NCBI GenBank assembly: GCA_964016885.1
Contig: OZ024742.1
Coordinates: forward strand, 22,754,001 to 22,818,000
Origin: Eledone cirrhosa
Lineage: Eukaryota
Length of the DNA stretch: 64,000 bases
Reading direction: 5' to 3'
Shown: in pieces, positions 13,757-25,291 of the stretch
How positions within the stretch are numbered: the first letter of the stretch is position 1
How the letters are laid out: each line of letters opens with the position of its first letter
Program-made: the position numbers and the translations under genes
Notes under the pieces: generated by a model
What the model was told of the DNA's origin: nothing
What the model saw: only the letters and a program-made list of their open reading frames with translations
The model's database searches: none

Positions 13757-14875
13757 TTGATCGAACCTGACTCTGGAATCGAATGATCGTCAGATATGCC
13801 TTATTGAGGCATACCTGAGGAAGTAAAATGGCAGTGTCGCGTGCGCAACCGGAAGTGGTGGTCAAGTCAAAAGAGCGGGAGGAGAGGGTGGTGATGGTAG
13901 GACAATGGTTGAGAGGGAGAGGAGGAGACGTTGTCAACAAAACAGAATATGGTTGGCTATTATGTGTGCGTGAGAGATAGTTTGCTGTGTAGACAGGCAG
14001 GAGTGAATGGGTGGAGATGGCTGAGGGTAGCGTGTGTAGAAGGCGGGGAGGTATTGTCGGTGTGTGTAGGAGGGTTCTGTCAATTGTCCTTTTGATGTGT
14101 ACATATACGTATGTGAGCGTATGTACTGGTGAGTGTGTGTGTGTGCTTAGGGGGTAAGTGCGTGTGTGATTTGTTGTGTAAGGGGTGGGGAGGTGTGTGA
14201 GGTGTGTGGTGAGGAGTCAGTGGATACGATGGTGGCGGGTGGGAGACGGGGGTGTGTGGATGTGGGAGACTGGGTGGGGGTAGGGTCGGTTACTGGTAGG
14301 TGTGTGAGGGTGTGTGGATGTGGGTGGATAGTGGTGTCTTCTAAAGGAAGAAGGGTGTGGGGTTCAAACCAGGGGCGGTGCATGTCTGTAGTTGGAAAAT
14401 TGTGCGTTGCTCGGCCCTCAATCGGGCATCTGGGGTTCCAACCAGGCCACAGATGATCAAGTTGCAAGCGGAATGTCCGGCTGAGCAAACATCTCGGGCA
14501 TTGGTTGAACACGAGCCGAGTCGGATGTCATGGTGGTGTTCGGCGAAGCGATCGGCCAAACGGCGTCCTGTCTGTGTTCGAAATAGGTCACACTACACTC
14601 CGTGTAATGGAGTCCGTAGACTTGGCTGGAGGAGGTGCAGCGAAAGGAATACCGGAAGTGATGAGTGAAGGGTGGGAGGGGTTGATGATGACGGACATGT
14701 CCAAGTGCTTGACGGAGGTGGTGGAGATGGAGGTGGTGAAGTGGAGGGTGGGATCGAAGGAGCAGAAGAATGAGAGAAAGGAGTCAAACTGTTCTCGGGT
14801 GAGAGATGTGGCACTGATACAGTCTTCTATATAACGACCATATAGTTCGGGGGTGGGGCCAATGTATTGGGTAAA
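13757..14875 (-). mobile_element. Penelope-like element remnant (RT C-terminus plus GIY-YIG, internal deletion)
   Basis: RYIEDC...FDPTLHFT...HLDMSV (RT); QTGRRLADRFAEH...RAEQRTIFQLQT..PGLN (GIY-YIG); decayed CTGACGA near 13795. Confidence 0.85.
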
Positions 14876-14939
14876 TATATATGTATGTATATATATAAAT
14901 ATATATCTATGCATGTATGTGTGTATATATATATATTAT

Positions 14940-15037
<98 letters not shown>

Positions 15038-15186
15038 ATGCTTTGGGAGGGTCATGTTGCCAATAAGAAACACACGCACCAGTTGCTTTCACTTCAATTT
15101 ATTATAATACATTTATAATAAATTTATAAATTTATAAATTTCTGGTTGGTTGGTTGGTTCCACAACCAGATAGTTGTTTATATATT

Positions 15187-15229
15187 GTCATAGTTCTTTC
15201 GTCACACACTCTGTGACCTCTTCAGTGAC
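15187..15229 (-). ncRNA. minimal hammerhead ribozyme (mirror copy)
   Basis: Reverse complement of 15364-15406. Confidence 0.65.
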
Positions 15230-15363
15230 TGGGGATTCCTTTCTTTGTTTTTGTGCCTCTCCTTTGTTCTGTCCTACGCTATTTTGTCCTACGCCATTTT
15301 GAGAAACAAAATGGCGTAGGACAGAACAAAGGAGAGGCACAAAAACAAAGAAAGGAATCCCCA

Positions 15364-15406
15364 GTCACTGAAGAGGTCACAGAGTGTGTGACGAAAGAAC
15401 TATGAC
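15364..15406 (+). ncRNA. minimal hammerhead ribozyme
   Basis: gtca-CTGAAGA-g gtcaca gagtg tgtgac-GAAA-gaac-TA-tgac. Confidence 0.7.
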
Positions 15407-15645
15407 AATATATAAACAACTATCTGGTTGTGGAACCAACCAACCAACCAAAAATTTATAAATTTATAAATTTATTATAAATTTATTATAATAAATTCAA
15501 GTGAAAGCAAGTAGTGCGTGTGTTTCTTATTGGCAACATGACCCTCCCAAAGTATAACAATATCGGTTTCAACACACGATTTCAGATAAAGAATCTTGCT
15601 AAACAAATTCAGAAACGAAATATATATATATATATATATATATAT

Positions 15646-16484
15646 TTGGTTGATCTACCCTCTCTGAAGCTGTTCTGGTTGTCACCGAGTTTCTTCTCCA
15701 TCTCAGTCAGGTATCGGATGCTGAATTTGCCGACGACATAGTTTTGGTGACAAATACAGTGAAGGAGGCAGAAGATTTGATGCGGGAGGTTGAGATTGTG
15801 TCGATGAGTGTGGGGCTGAGAATGAATGAGACTAAAACAAAATATCTGGTAGAGAATGTTGAGAAGCCAGAGGGGATCACTAATGTAGGCGGGAAGCCGC
15901 TAGAATTGGTTGAGGGCTTCCTGTATTTGGGAGCAAAGATTGGGAATACGGAAGATGATGTGGTTGAAAGGAAGTGCAAGGCCTGGGCGGCGTGCCACAG
16001 CTTGAGATCGGTGTGGAAGTCGAACCTTCGTAAAGACCTGAAGGTCCGCCTCTTCATTACTGTAGTGGAGTCTGTGCTGCTGTATGGGTCTGAGACTTGG
16101 ATACTGACCAAGAAACTCACTCAGATGGTGGATGGGTGCTACACGAGAATGCTGAGGATGGCTCTGAACATTAATCAGTATACACTGAGGATGAAAAACT
16201 CAGAGCTGTATGGGAGCATCCCAAAAGTCAGCTCAAAAGTGACACAGAGGAGACTGAGGTTAGCTGGACATGCTCACCGACATCCAGAGTTGACATTGCA
16301 CTCAGTGCTCCTTTGGGAGCCCCTACATGGACACACTAGAAGAGGAAGACCAAGGTTAACGTATGCTGATGCCCTAAGGACAGACACTGGTCTGTTGGAG
16401 ACGCAGGACATGGCAGCGATAATAAGGGACAGAGACCGCTGGAGAGAATTCGTCCATGGATCTCGGGAATTTTACCCGCCTTAG
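15646..16484 (+). mobile_element. RTE-clade LINE 3' fragment with a 5' inversion
   Basis: EFADDIVL, FLYLG, LLYGSETW, RRLRLAGH, GRPRLTY; 15646-15707 reads EKKLGDNQNSFREGRST on the minus strand. Confidence 0.88.
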
Positions 16485-16494
16485 AAAATATATA

Positions 16495-16656
16495 TATAAT
16501 AAAGAAAGTGTGGTAAGGAATGAGATGCACCATAACGCACCAGAGTACTCGATACTTAGAGTAGTAGAGTGGGTAATAGGAAAATACTACTGGTTTATTT
16601 CGGATATAACTGTTGAAACGGCCGGATCTCAGACGTCAGGGTCCTGACTATTTCCC

Positions 16657-16752
<96 letters not shown>

Positions 16753-16770
16753 AAAATAGTCAGGACCCTA
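16495..16770. mobile_element. PLE-like terminal fragment with the 3' half of a hammerhead
   Basis: Homologous (inverted) to 58050-58132; contains GAAA-cggc...acg-TC; short inverted repeat across (TA)n. Confidence 0.55.
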
Positions 16771-16780
16771 TATATATATA

Positions 16781-16826
<46 letters not shown>

Positions 16827-16829
16827 GTT

Positions 16830-16918
16830 CTTTGAGTCTCAGTCATTGATGTTAGTTAACTGGAAAGTTTGTTGAAATGAATATCAAGCCACTACCTGCA
16901 GCCTCAGATATTAAGGAC

Positions 16919-16921
<3 letters not shown>
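16830..16921 (-). mobile_element. 3' tip of an R4/Dong-like element in (ATT)n
   Basis: Near-identical to 38299-38389; flanked by (ATT)n on both sides. Confidence 0.8.
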
Positions 16922-16998
<77 letters not shown>

Positions 16999-17206
16999 GG
17001 CGACCTACGTAGTAAATCGTATCATCGTGAGCTCCGCAAAGGTTTGTTATTTCCGTTTGTTAAAAATTGCCATTTATGGAAAATTTTATTGTTAACTGTT
17101 TATAAGCACACATACATTGTTTTCCGAAAAGGACACCCAAAAAGATTGGGGCCTTGTGCCCAAAATTTTAACTTTTATTATTATCCAAAAATTTCTTTGA
17201 AAAAAA

Positions 17207-19202
17207 ATGGCTAATTCCCCTCTGCACGAAGCAGCTGAAAGCCTTCCTCACAAAATAACACCTCACACCGACACCACCATTGTAAATGTTACTACGTTTG
17301 CCAACACAAAAAAAAAAATATAAGCAGTAGCAATATTTTAAATTTGTCTCAGGCAGACATTCATTTCCCGCCATTACCAATGACTGCAGGTGTTAAAGCC
17401 TCCACCACCACCACCACCGCGACAACCACCACCCCCACCACCACCGCGACAACTGAAACAAAAGAAGAAAAAAATAAATTAACTCGTGATGTCGAAATGA
17501 AATCAAGCAAAATGGACTCTTCCGCACCAAAGACGACTGACGTCACCACCACCACAACTGAAACTAAAATTAAGATTAATATAAATAACGATAGCAACAA
17601 CAACAACAATGACATTATAAAACCGACCCTCAGTTTCGCCATCGTAGCAAAACAATTCGAAGCGTTCACGGTAACTCAAGAGGATTTAGAAAATGCCAAA
17701 CAAATGGTAAAGAAAGATGGGTACAGGGTCAACCTCCCCCCCCCACCTAATAAAATGGAGCATCGGCGCCTATGCACCGTGTCGTATAGAACAATAAATG
17801 TAAAATCGCGCCGAGTGGAACGGGCATCCGAGTCCCAAATCCAAAAAGCTTTGGGACATGTGTGGGCAAGAAAAACCCACATCAGACGTGGGCAAAAGTA
17901 TGGAACCGTGGATGTGTTCTTTGAAACACCAGAGGAGGCTAGAGAACACTCCATGGCCCCATTAAAAAGTGACGACTTCACACTCGTCCCAAGCTATTGT
18001 GGCCAGAGACTCGTAAAGATCAGGGTGACCCACGTTCCACCGGCCATCGAAATTCCCTGGCTAATAGCGGCTGTCCTCGCCGGCATCGAAGCCAACACGA
18101 AAATAATAGCAATAGCAAAAGAAAAGCAGGAAAACTGGTCCGGATCTGGGATGGAGCTCCTGATCCAAGCGGACCAAAAAAGCATTGAGGAGATCCCAGA
18201 GGTAATAGACCTCACTGACGGCAGCAATCTCACGGTAATTGTCGAGGGCAGAAGACCTAGGTGTGTCGTTTGTGGTGAAGGAACCCACCTAAGGGCTTTC
18301 TGCCCTCAGGCTAAAAGGTTGAGGCCACCTCTCCTACCCACCCCAGTGACACAACCATCAACACCACCAGTAGAAGAGAAGGCAGCAACAACTGTAGCAG
18401 CAACAACAGAAGCAACTATAACAGCAACAACCCCAGCAACAGTAGCAAAACCAACACCACTACCACCACCAGCAAAACCAACACCACCACCACCCAACGC
18501 TTCAGAACTAGCACCAGCGCCTACACCATCCACCGCACCACAACCAAAACTAACGGCTGTGGAGGATTTTCCACTCCCCGGCCTATCACAACTGGAGACA
18601 GATTGTGACGACGAGGAGTGGGAAACGATATCCGGAAAAAAAAAAGAAACCAAAAAAGAAAAAATTCTCTTCCTTCCCCCTCCAAAAACAAAATACAGAG
18701 GGAAACAAATAAACTAAGAAACAAAAAAGTTAGGACAGATATGCCACCATCCATACCAGCATCACCAACCCCATCAACCCAAACACCAACACCATCACCA
18801 TCATTAACTCCAACACCACCATCACCTACACCACAAAAGTCACCAAAATGCGAAACAGAAACAAACCCACAACAAACGCAAACAAAACAAAACAACCAAA
18901 ACGATACACACTACACAGCATTAAATTTGAACAACAAGCAATTATTACACTACATCCAACACAACACCAGCATCACAGAAAAAGACTACACAACAACCCC
19001 AAAATTCACACCACCTCCACACATACAAATCACTCGCATCACACAGAAAACGTACATGACACTAAAACAATAATTCCCCAAAGACATTGGAGACTTCCGA
19101 CAAGCACTCTCCAGGAGGATTTATAAGGACATCCTTCCTGAGGAGGCCACAAGCAGTGAAAAGGATTGAAAAACCGTCCTTCCCCTACGAGAAGTAAGGT
19201 AA
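17207..19202 (+). pseudogene. Tx1 copy A ORF1 (gag-like, CX2CX4HX4C), with frameshifts and stops
   Basis: Probable ATG at 17207; A-run frameshifts near 17315 and 18640; CVVCGEGTHLRAFC; stop at 19071. Confidence 0.8.
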
Positions 19203-19236
19203 GTGGTCTTTCCCATCTTTTCCACTCATTTTCAAC

Positions 19237-22200
19237 ATTACCTCACTCAGAATAAGCAGCATAAATGCGCGTGGCTTGGGGTCGTCATGGAAGCAGGGCC
19301 ACCTGCTCAACGACCTCAGGTCACTAAACATAGATATAGTGGCCATCAGCGAGATCAGAATCTCCGAAGCACAGGCTTTCGCACCGATCTTCGGCGGCTA
19401 CGATGTGTACGCATCTCCCAGCCGTCCAGGATCGGGGGGAGGAGTTGCTGTGCTTTTTCAGAGAGGTTTGGATCTCGCCATACGGGCCATCTTCCTGGAC
19501 CCAGAAGGTAAGTTGGTGGTGCTGGACGTGACCAGCGGAGACGGGCAAGCTTTCAGGTTAGTGGCGATCTATGCCCCGACAGGAGCAGGGCGGCCTGATT
19601 TCTTCCGGCGTCTGGAGACCTTTCTTGGAACGTAACGCTCTTTAGTGTTAGTGGGCGACTGGAACGGGATCTTAGATGCACGCTGGGATTGTGTGGGATT
19701 AGTGGATAGGGAAGGAGGGTGCAAGAGTCTCACCAACCTGCTCAGACGTTTTGAACTGTCTGACAGGTACCGAATGGATTTCCCGAATGTACCAATGTGG
19801 ACTTGGACAAATCGCATAGGGTCATCCAGATCATATCTAGATAGAGTATTTTGTAGGGAAATAGATAGGTCTAGCATAGGCTGTCCACAATTCAAGATAG
19901 TCAGCTACACGGACCACAAATTCGTGATCTGTGTGCTTGACTTAGATAGGCTTCATAGGCGAGGACCCAGCTACTGGAAGCTAAACGCGTCCTTACCAGC
20001 GCGCAAGGCCTACAGAGACCGGCTTAGCGAACTAGTTAAGCGGGCGTTGACGGGGGCCATCGTCAACAACAAGTGGTGGTTTGCTCTGAAAAGAGCAATT
20101 AGAATAGAGTCCATTAGGTTTAGTAAGACTTTAGCAATAGAGAAAAATAGAGCAGAGGGAGAACTAGTTAGAAAATTAGATGAGGCGCTTAGCAAAGGCA
20201 TCGCGACCGACGTACTTGCGGCGAAATTGGCCCTTGACCAATTCTTCAATGCAAAGCACGAAGGCTGCGTTGTCAGAGCTAGGGTGCGTGCTCTCAGACA
20301 CGAGGGGACGAAAGCCGTTCAATGGGCCCGAGTGGCGGAGGCGCGTCGTGGCAACAAAGCCACGATCCGGTCTTTGGTGGACCACGATGGGCGCATGCGA
20401 CTCGATCCCGGGCAAATGTGTGAAGCTTTTCAGCGACACTTCGCTCAACTGTTCGGGGGCAGTGGCGGGCCGGATCGAGGGATGGACTTTAGTGTCTACC
20501 TCGACGGACTGCCGCGGCTTTCGGCCACTGAGGCGTAGTGTTGCGAAAAGCCGATAACAACCGCTGAAGTACGGGATGCAATGACTAGTTGCACAAGGGG
20601 TAAATCGCCTGGTTTGGATGGTCTGCCCTATGAACTTTACGTACAAATGCCAAACTTGTTCGGAGGCCTCTTGGCGGACGTCTACTGCAACTGGCAACAG
20701 AACGGGAGAATTCCCAGCTCTGTGAGCCGAGGAGCGGTGGCGCTGCTGAGAAAGGATCCGAACAAGGGGGATAACATAGATAATTTTAGGCCCATAACTC
20801 TGCTAAACACAGAGTTCAAGATTTTGGCCAAGGTGCTAGCAAAGAGGTTGGCGCTTGTCGTTGGTGGTCTGGTGGGAGAGGCACAGACATGCGCCATTCC
20901 CGACAGATCTATCCACGACAACCTCCACCTCATGCGATACATCGTAGAGAGGGTAGCTAGGGAACCTGGCAAGAGTGGGTCTTTGATCAATTTAGATCAA
21001 TCGAAAGCTTTCGATAGGGTCGACCATCGTTACCTAGCGGCAGTCCTGAGGGCGGCTGGCTTTGGGCCCGTCTTCAGAGGCTGGATTGCTGCCATGCACA
21101 GCGACATCTGCTCTGTAGTGAGAGTGAACGGTCACCTTTCGGAACCGTTCAACATCATGCGCTCGGTCCGCCAAGGATGTCCCCTCTCGTCCCTATTGTA
21201 CGTATTGACTCTCGAGCCATTACTGCACAAACTGGAGACGTTGAGGGGGGTCCCGCGCGAACTAGGATGCGGAAGATCCGTGTCAGTATATGCGGACGAT
21301 GTCACCGTAGTGGTGTCGAACGCCAAACACATCGAGGCGATCGGCACTACACTAAGAGAATACGAAGCGGTGACAGGAGCAATGATCAACCAGGAAAAGT
21401 CAGTGGGCCTGCAGCTCGGCACCTGGAGAGGCAGGTACATGCCGTCCAACAGCGTCGTCGGGCGCTGGACGGACGGACCGGTTAAATTGCTAGGGGTCTG
21501 GTTCGGTCCGGATCTCCAGACGGACACAAACTGGGACGAGGTGACGAGCAGGGTGGCTTCTCTCACCCAGAAATGGGCCGAGAGGAAGCTATCCCTGAAA
21601 GGTCGAGCGGAGGTGGCGAATGCGTACATCGCATCCGTCATCTACTACCGCCTGACAGTCGCACCTTGTCCTAAGCCCCGCCTGACTGCGCTGGAGCGTT
21701 TGCTCTTTCGCTTCTTGTGGAAGGGACGCGCTCCGATGGTCAGGCGGTCCATCTGCTGTCAACACCCGCTACGTGGAGGGCTGGGCATGCCGTGGCTGAT
21801 GATGCGCAGACACGCGCTCAGGATACGACATCTCCACCTCTTCCTCGACGGTGATCAGGTGTGGTCGCCGTTTGCTAGACACGTTTTTCCCCAGCTCGTC
21901 TCCTTGACGGAACTGCAGTCCTGGGTCAAGCGAAGACCGAGAGGGAGCGCTTGGAGGCTGGAATGTCTTCAGGCGCTCACAGCCCTCGACCAATCGGGCA
22001 ATGTGATCGGTGGAAACTCCACCTTGGCGTACTATAGGGGATTAGTGGAGGGGAAGATCGACGACGTACTTGGAGAAACTCTAGGCGTCGATGAAAATCA
22101 ACTAGCCAATCTCTTCGGAAGGACTTTCGGGCCGGGGCCTATGGACAACTTCCAGAAATCCTTGGCCTGGCAGTGCTACCGAGGAGCTTTGCCAGTTCGG

Positions 22201-22656
22201 GATAAACTCTACAGGCATGGAGGTGCCGTCAGCCGGGCATGTCCGAGATGCGCACAGGGCGACGAAACCGTCTTGCACGCACTCGTCCAGTGTCCGAGCA
22301 TTACTGACTTGTGGGTTTATGTCGAACACCTGCTGTCACGTGTAGGACGGATCCAGCTATCAGCTAAGTCCATCGTGAGGATTGCCCCGCCCCCTTCCTT
22401 TAGCCGGGAAGGGCAGGCAGTTTTTATCTGTCTGGTGGCCATGGCGAAAGAGATAGCATGGTGGACACGTTTGAAAGGGCTGAAGACGAGCACTTACCTC
22501 TTCGGTGATGCCCTGATTAACTTTTTCAAATTTCATTTGAAAAGGAAAATCAGGGTAGAGAGGGAAATGCTCTCTTCCCAGCATTTTGTTGAAAGATGGG
22601 TGAGAGAAGCAAGTATGGCCCGAATGAATGGGCCTTCTCTGAGTATGTGTCTGTAA
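19237..22656 (+). pseudogene. Tx1 copy A ORF2 (APE-RT)
   Basis: Start ATG mutated to ATT; in-frame stops at 19633 and 20536; KSPGLDG, NFRPITLLN, QGCPLS, YADD, CPRC..ETVLH. Confidence 0.92.
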
Positions 22657-22900
22657 ATTAAAGGTGGAAAACTGGAAGAGGGCACTTGCCCTGGTGGTCA
22701 GGGCCACTGTGGTCTTTTAATGGGCTTTCTCCACAAATGTCCCTCGGAAGCCTCCCCCCTATTGGGGAATTTTTTCTTTGTTATTTTATTTCAACCTCCG
22801 TTTTTTTTACACGCAGAAATGCCCATTTGTACCGTCCTGCATTGTCCTGCACTGTCCTTAATGTCTACTTTATGTAAACCCTTGTGGTTAATAAAGAAAA

Positions 22901-22952
<52 letters not shown>

Positions 22953-23168
22953 GAATGCTATGGTTGACGGAGGCTCGGCTCTGTAAGGTACTGTACATTT
23001 TGAACGCTTTAACAATTGTAAATTGTTTAAAACTTTAACGAACTTGTAGACAAAAACACCCTCCTCCTCGTGAGAGGGGTCTTTCTGCCCGTTATTTGGC
23101 CCTTCGGGGTTAAATAACTGCTTATTGGGGGTTTGTACCCAATATTTATTTTAAACAAAAAAAACAAC

Positions 23169-25256
23169 ATGGCTACGAAAAAGAATTTGCATAGGTCACT
23201 CCCACTCATTCCGTCTTCTTCTTCCTCAATCGTCACTACAGCAGAGAGAAGATTGTCTCTCTCCCTCCCTTCTTTAAATGTGTCTCTCGCCCTCCCTTCT
23301 CTTTCGCAAGCGACGAAAGAAAAGAAAAGTCTCGTGCAAAGCGTGCAAGGTTTCTCCACGACGACGACGACAGCGACGAAACAGGTGTGCGGGAAATACG
23401 AAAACCCAGTTCATTCGTCTGACGTCAGGAATAATAGCAGTAGCAGCCGTAATAACAACAGCAACAGTGACAATGAAAACAACAGTAGCAGCCGCAACAG
23501 CATCACCAGCAGCATAAACAACAACAGCATTAGCAGCAGCAACACCAACAGCAACCACAGCAACAGCAGCGAAGGCAGTAGTCGTAGTACCTGCAGCAAC
23601 AACAAAAGCTCTGACGACAACAACAGCAGCAAAGAAAAACCAATCTCATTTGCAGGTATTGCGAAAAACTTGGAAACAATCCTCATAACAAATGAGGAAT
23701 TAGAGGAAGCGAAGAAGATGGTGACAAAGAACGGACACCGAGCAATCTGCAAGGCAGCGGAAAATTTTTTCGAAACCCAACAGCACTGTACGGTCACGTA
23801 CCGTACAGTAAGTACAAAATCCCGTAGGGTGGAAAGAGCCACAGAGGCCCAAATACAAAAAGCCTTGGGGTCTGTGTGGCAGCGGAAAACGCACATCACC
23901 CGAGGCAAAAAATATGCCACCGTAGACGTACTTTTTGCCACACCCCAGGAGGCAAAGGCCCAATCCGTAGTGACCCTAAGGAGCGAGGAAATGGTGTTGG
24001 TGCCCTCCTACTGCGGGCAAAAAATTGTGAGAGTCAAACTGACCCACGTCCCCCCCGGAATGGCCCCTTCTTGGCTGGCCGCGTCTGACCTCGTCGGAAT
24101 CGAGGACAAAACAACTGTACTGCAAGTACAGAAAAAAGTAAGAGAAGATTGGGTCGGCACCTCCATTGAGATGCTAATCCAAACTAACCAGGAGTGCATC
24201 GAAGCTATCCCGGATGTGATAGACTTCGATAACGGCACTCAACTGCCCATAAGTGTTGAGGGCAAACGCCCGAAATGCTTTCGCTGTGGATCGAAGACTC
24301 ACCTCAGGGCCTTCTGCAACGAGAAGACCCTGAGAAAGGAGAAAACCCCCCTCCTTCCGAATCCGGCTCCACGGCTACCAGCAACAGGACAAGCGGCAAC
24401 CAGGAACGATAGGTCCGTGGCACCCATACCCACGCCACGGAAATCAAAAACAGCAGCAGCAGTGGAAATATTAACAACAACAACAGCAATACAAAATGCA
24501 GCTGCAACAGAGACTCCAGTGCAAACATCACCAACAACAACAAGTGAAAGAGTGGAGCTGGTATCCCTCCCCGACCTCACAGAATCAGACATGGAGTGTG
24601 AGGTGGGAGAGGGATGGCAAAAGGTCGTAAGAAGGCACAAACGCAGAAACAGCGCATCGTCGCCTTTGAAAAGGGAGGAAAGAAATGAGAAAAGGGTAAA
24701 GTCTACTGCAAAGAGACCCACAGCAGCAACACCACCAACACCATCACCACCCACACTAGCACCACCATCACCACCGGCGACAACCCCACCGCCAACAACA
24801 CCTTCAACACCACCACCACAAGCACCAACATCGCAAACACAACAACAAAACACACACACCCAGCAACAACGACAAGAAAATAGCAGAACCACACCCCACC
24901 CCTAGAAAAACAAATGCACGGCAATAAATACACACAACAAGAAACTAATGACTTACATAATTGAACACACAGACATTTCACAACAGGACTACATAATACC
25001 AGCACCAATCAAAACGCCAACTAACATAAGACTGCTAAAAATAGCACAGAAACAATACACAAACATTAAAACGAAATTCCCCAACGCAGTTGGTGATTTC
25101 AGGGACCTAGGAGGAACCATCAATCGAAGAGTATATTCAGACATTCTATTAGAAGAGCCGACGACCAGCCGAAGGGACGATTCAACGGTCCCTTCACCAG
25201 ACGATCAAGTGAAAAGGGATGTAAAAACCATCCCTCCTCTACCAAAAGTACGGTAA
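23169..25256 (+). pseudogene. Tx1 copy B ORF1 (CCHC), one premature TAG at 24903
   Basis: ORFs 23133-24905 and 24948-25256 share a frame; CFRCGSKTHLRAFC. Confidence 0.85.
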
Positions 25257-25291
25257 GTGGTCTTTCCCATCTTTTCCACTCTATTTTAAAC

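Larger units (their letters stand above)
15030..15563. repeat. near-perfect fold-back palindrome (arms about 260 bp) with hammerheads on both strands
   Basis: Arms are reverse-complementary around a centre near 15304; (TA)n abuts the left arm. Confidence 0.9.
16999..22901 (+). mobile_element. Tx1/L1-clade non-LTR retrotransposon copy A, near full length
   Basis: ORF1 with CCHC knuckle; ORF2 APE-RT-cysteine motif; AATAAA near the 3' end; (ATT)n on both sides. Confidence 0.95.

Noticed and set aside
21132-21641. Antisense ORFs within Tx1 and CR1 ORF2
   Set aside because: Shadow frames of GC-rich coding sequence; shared between copies only through overall identity
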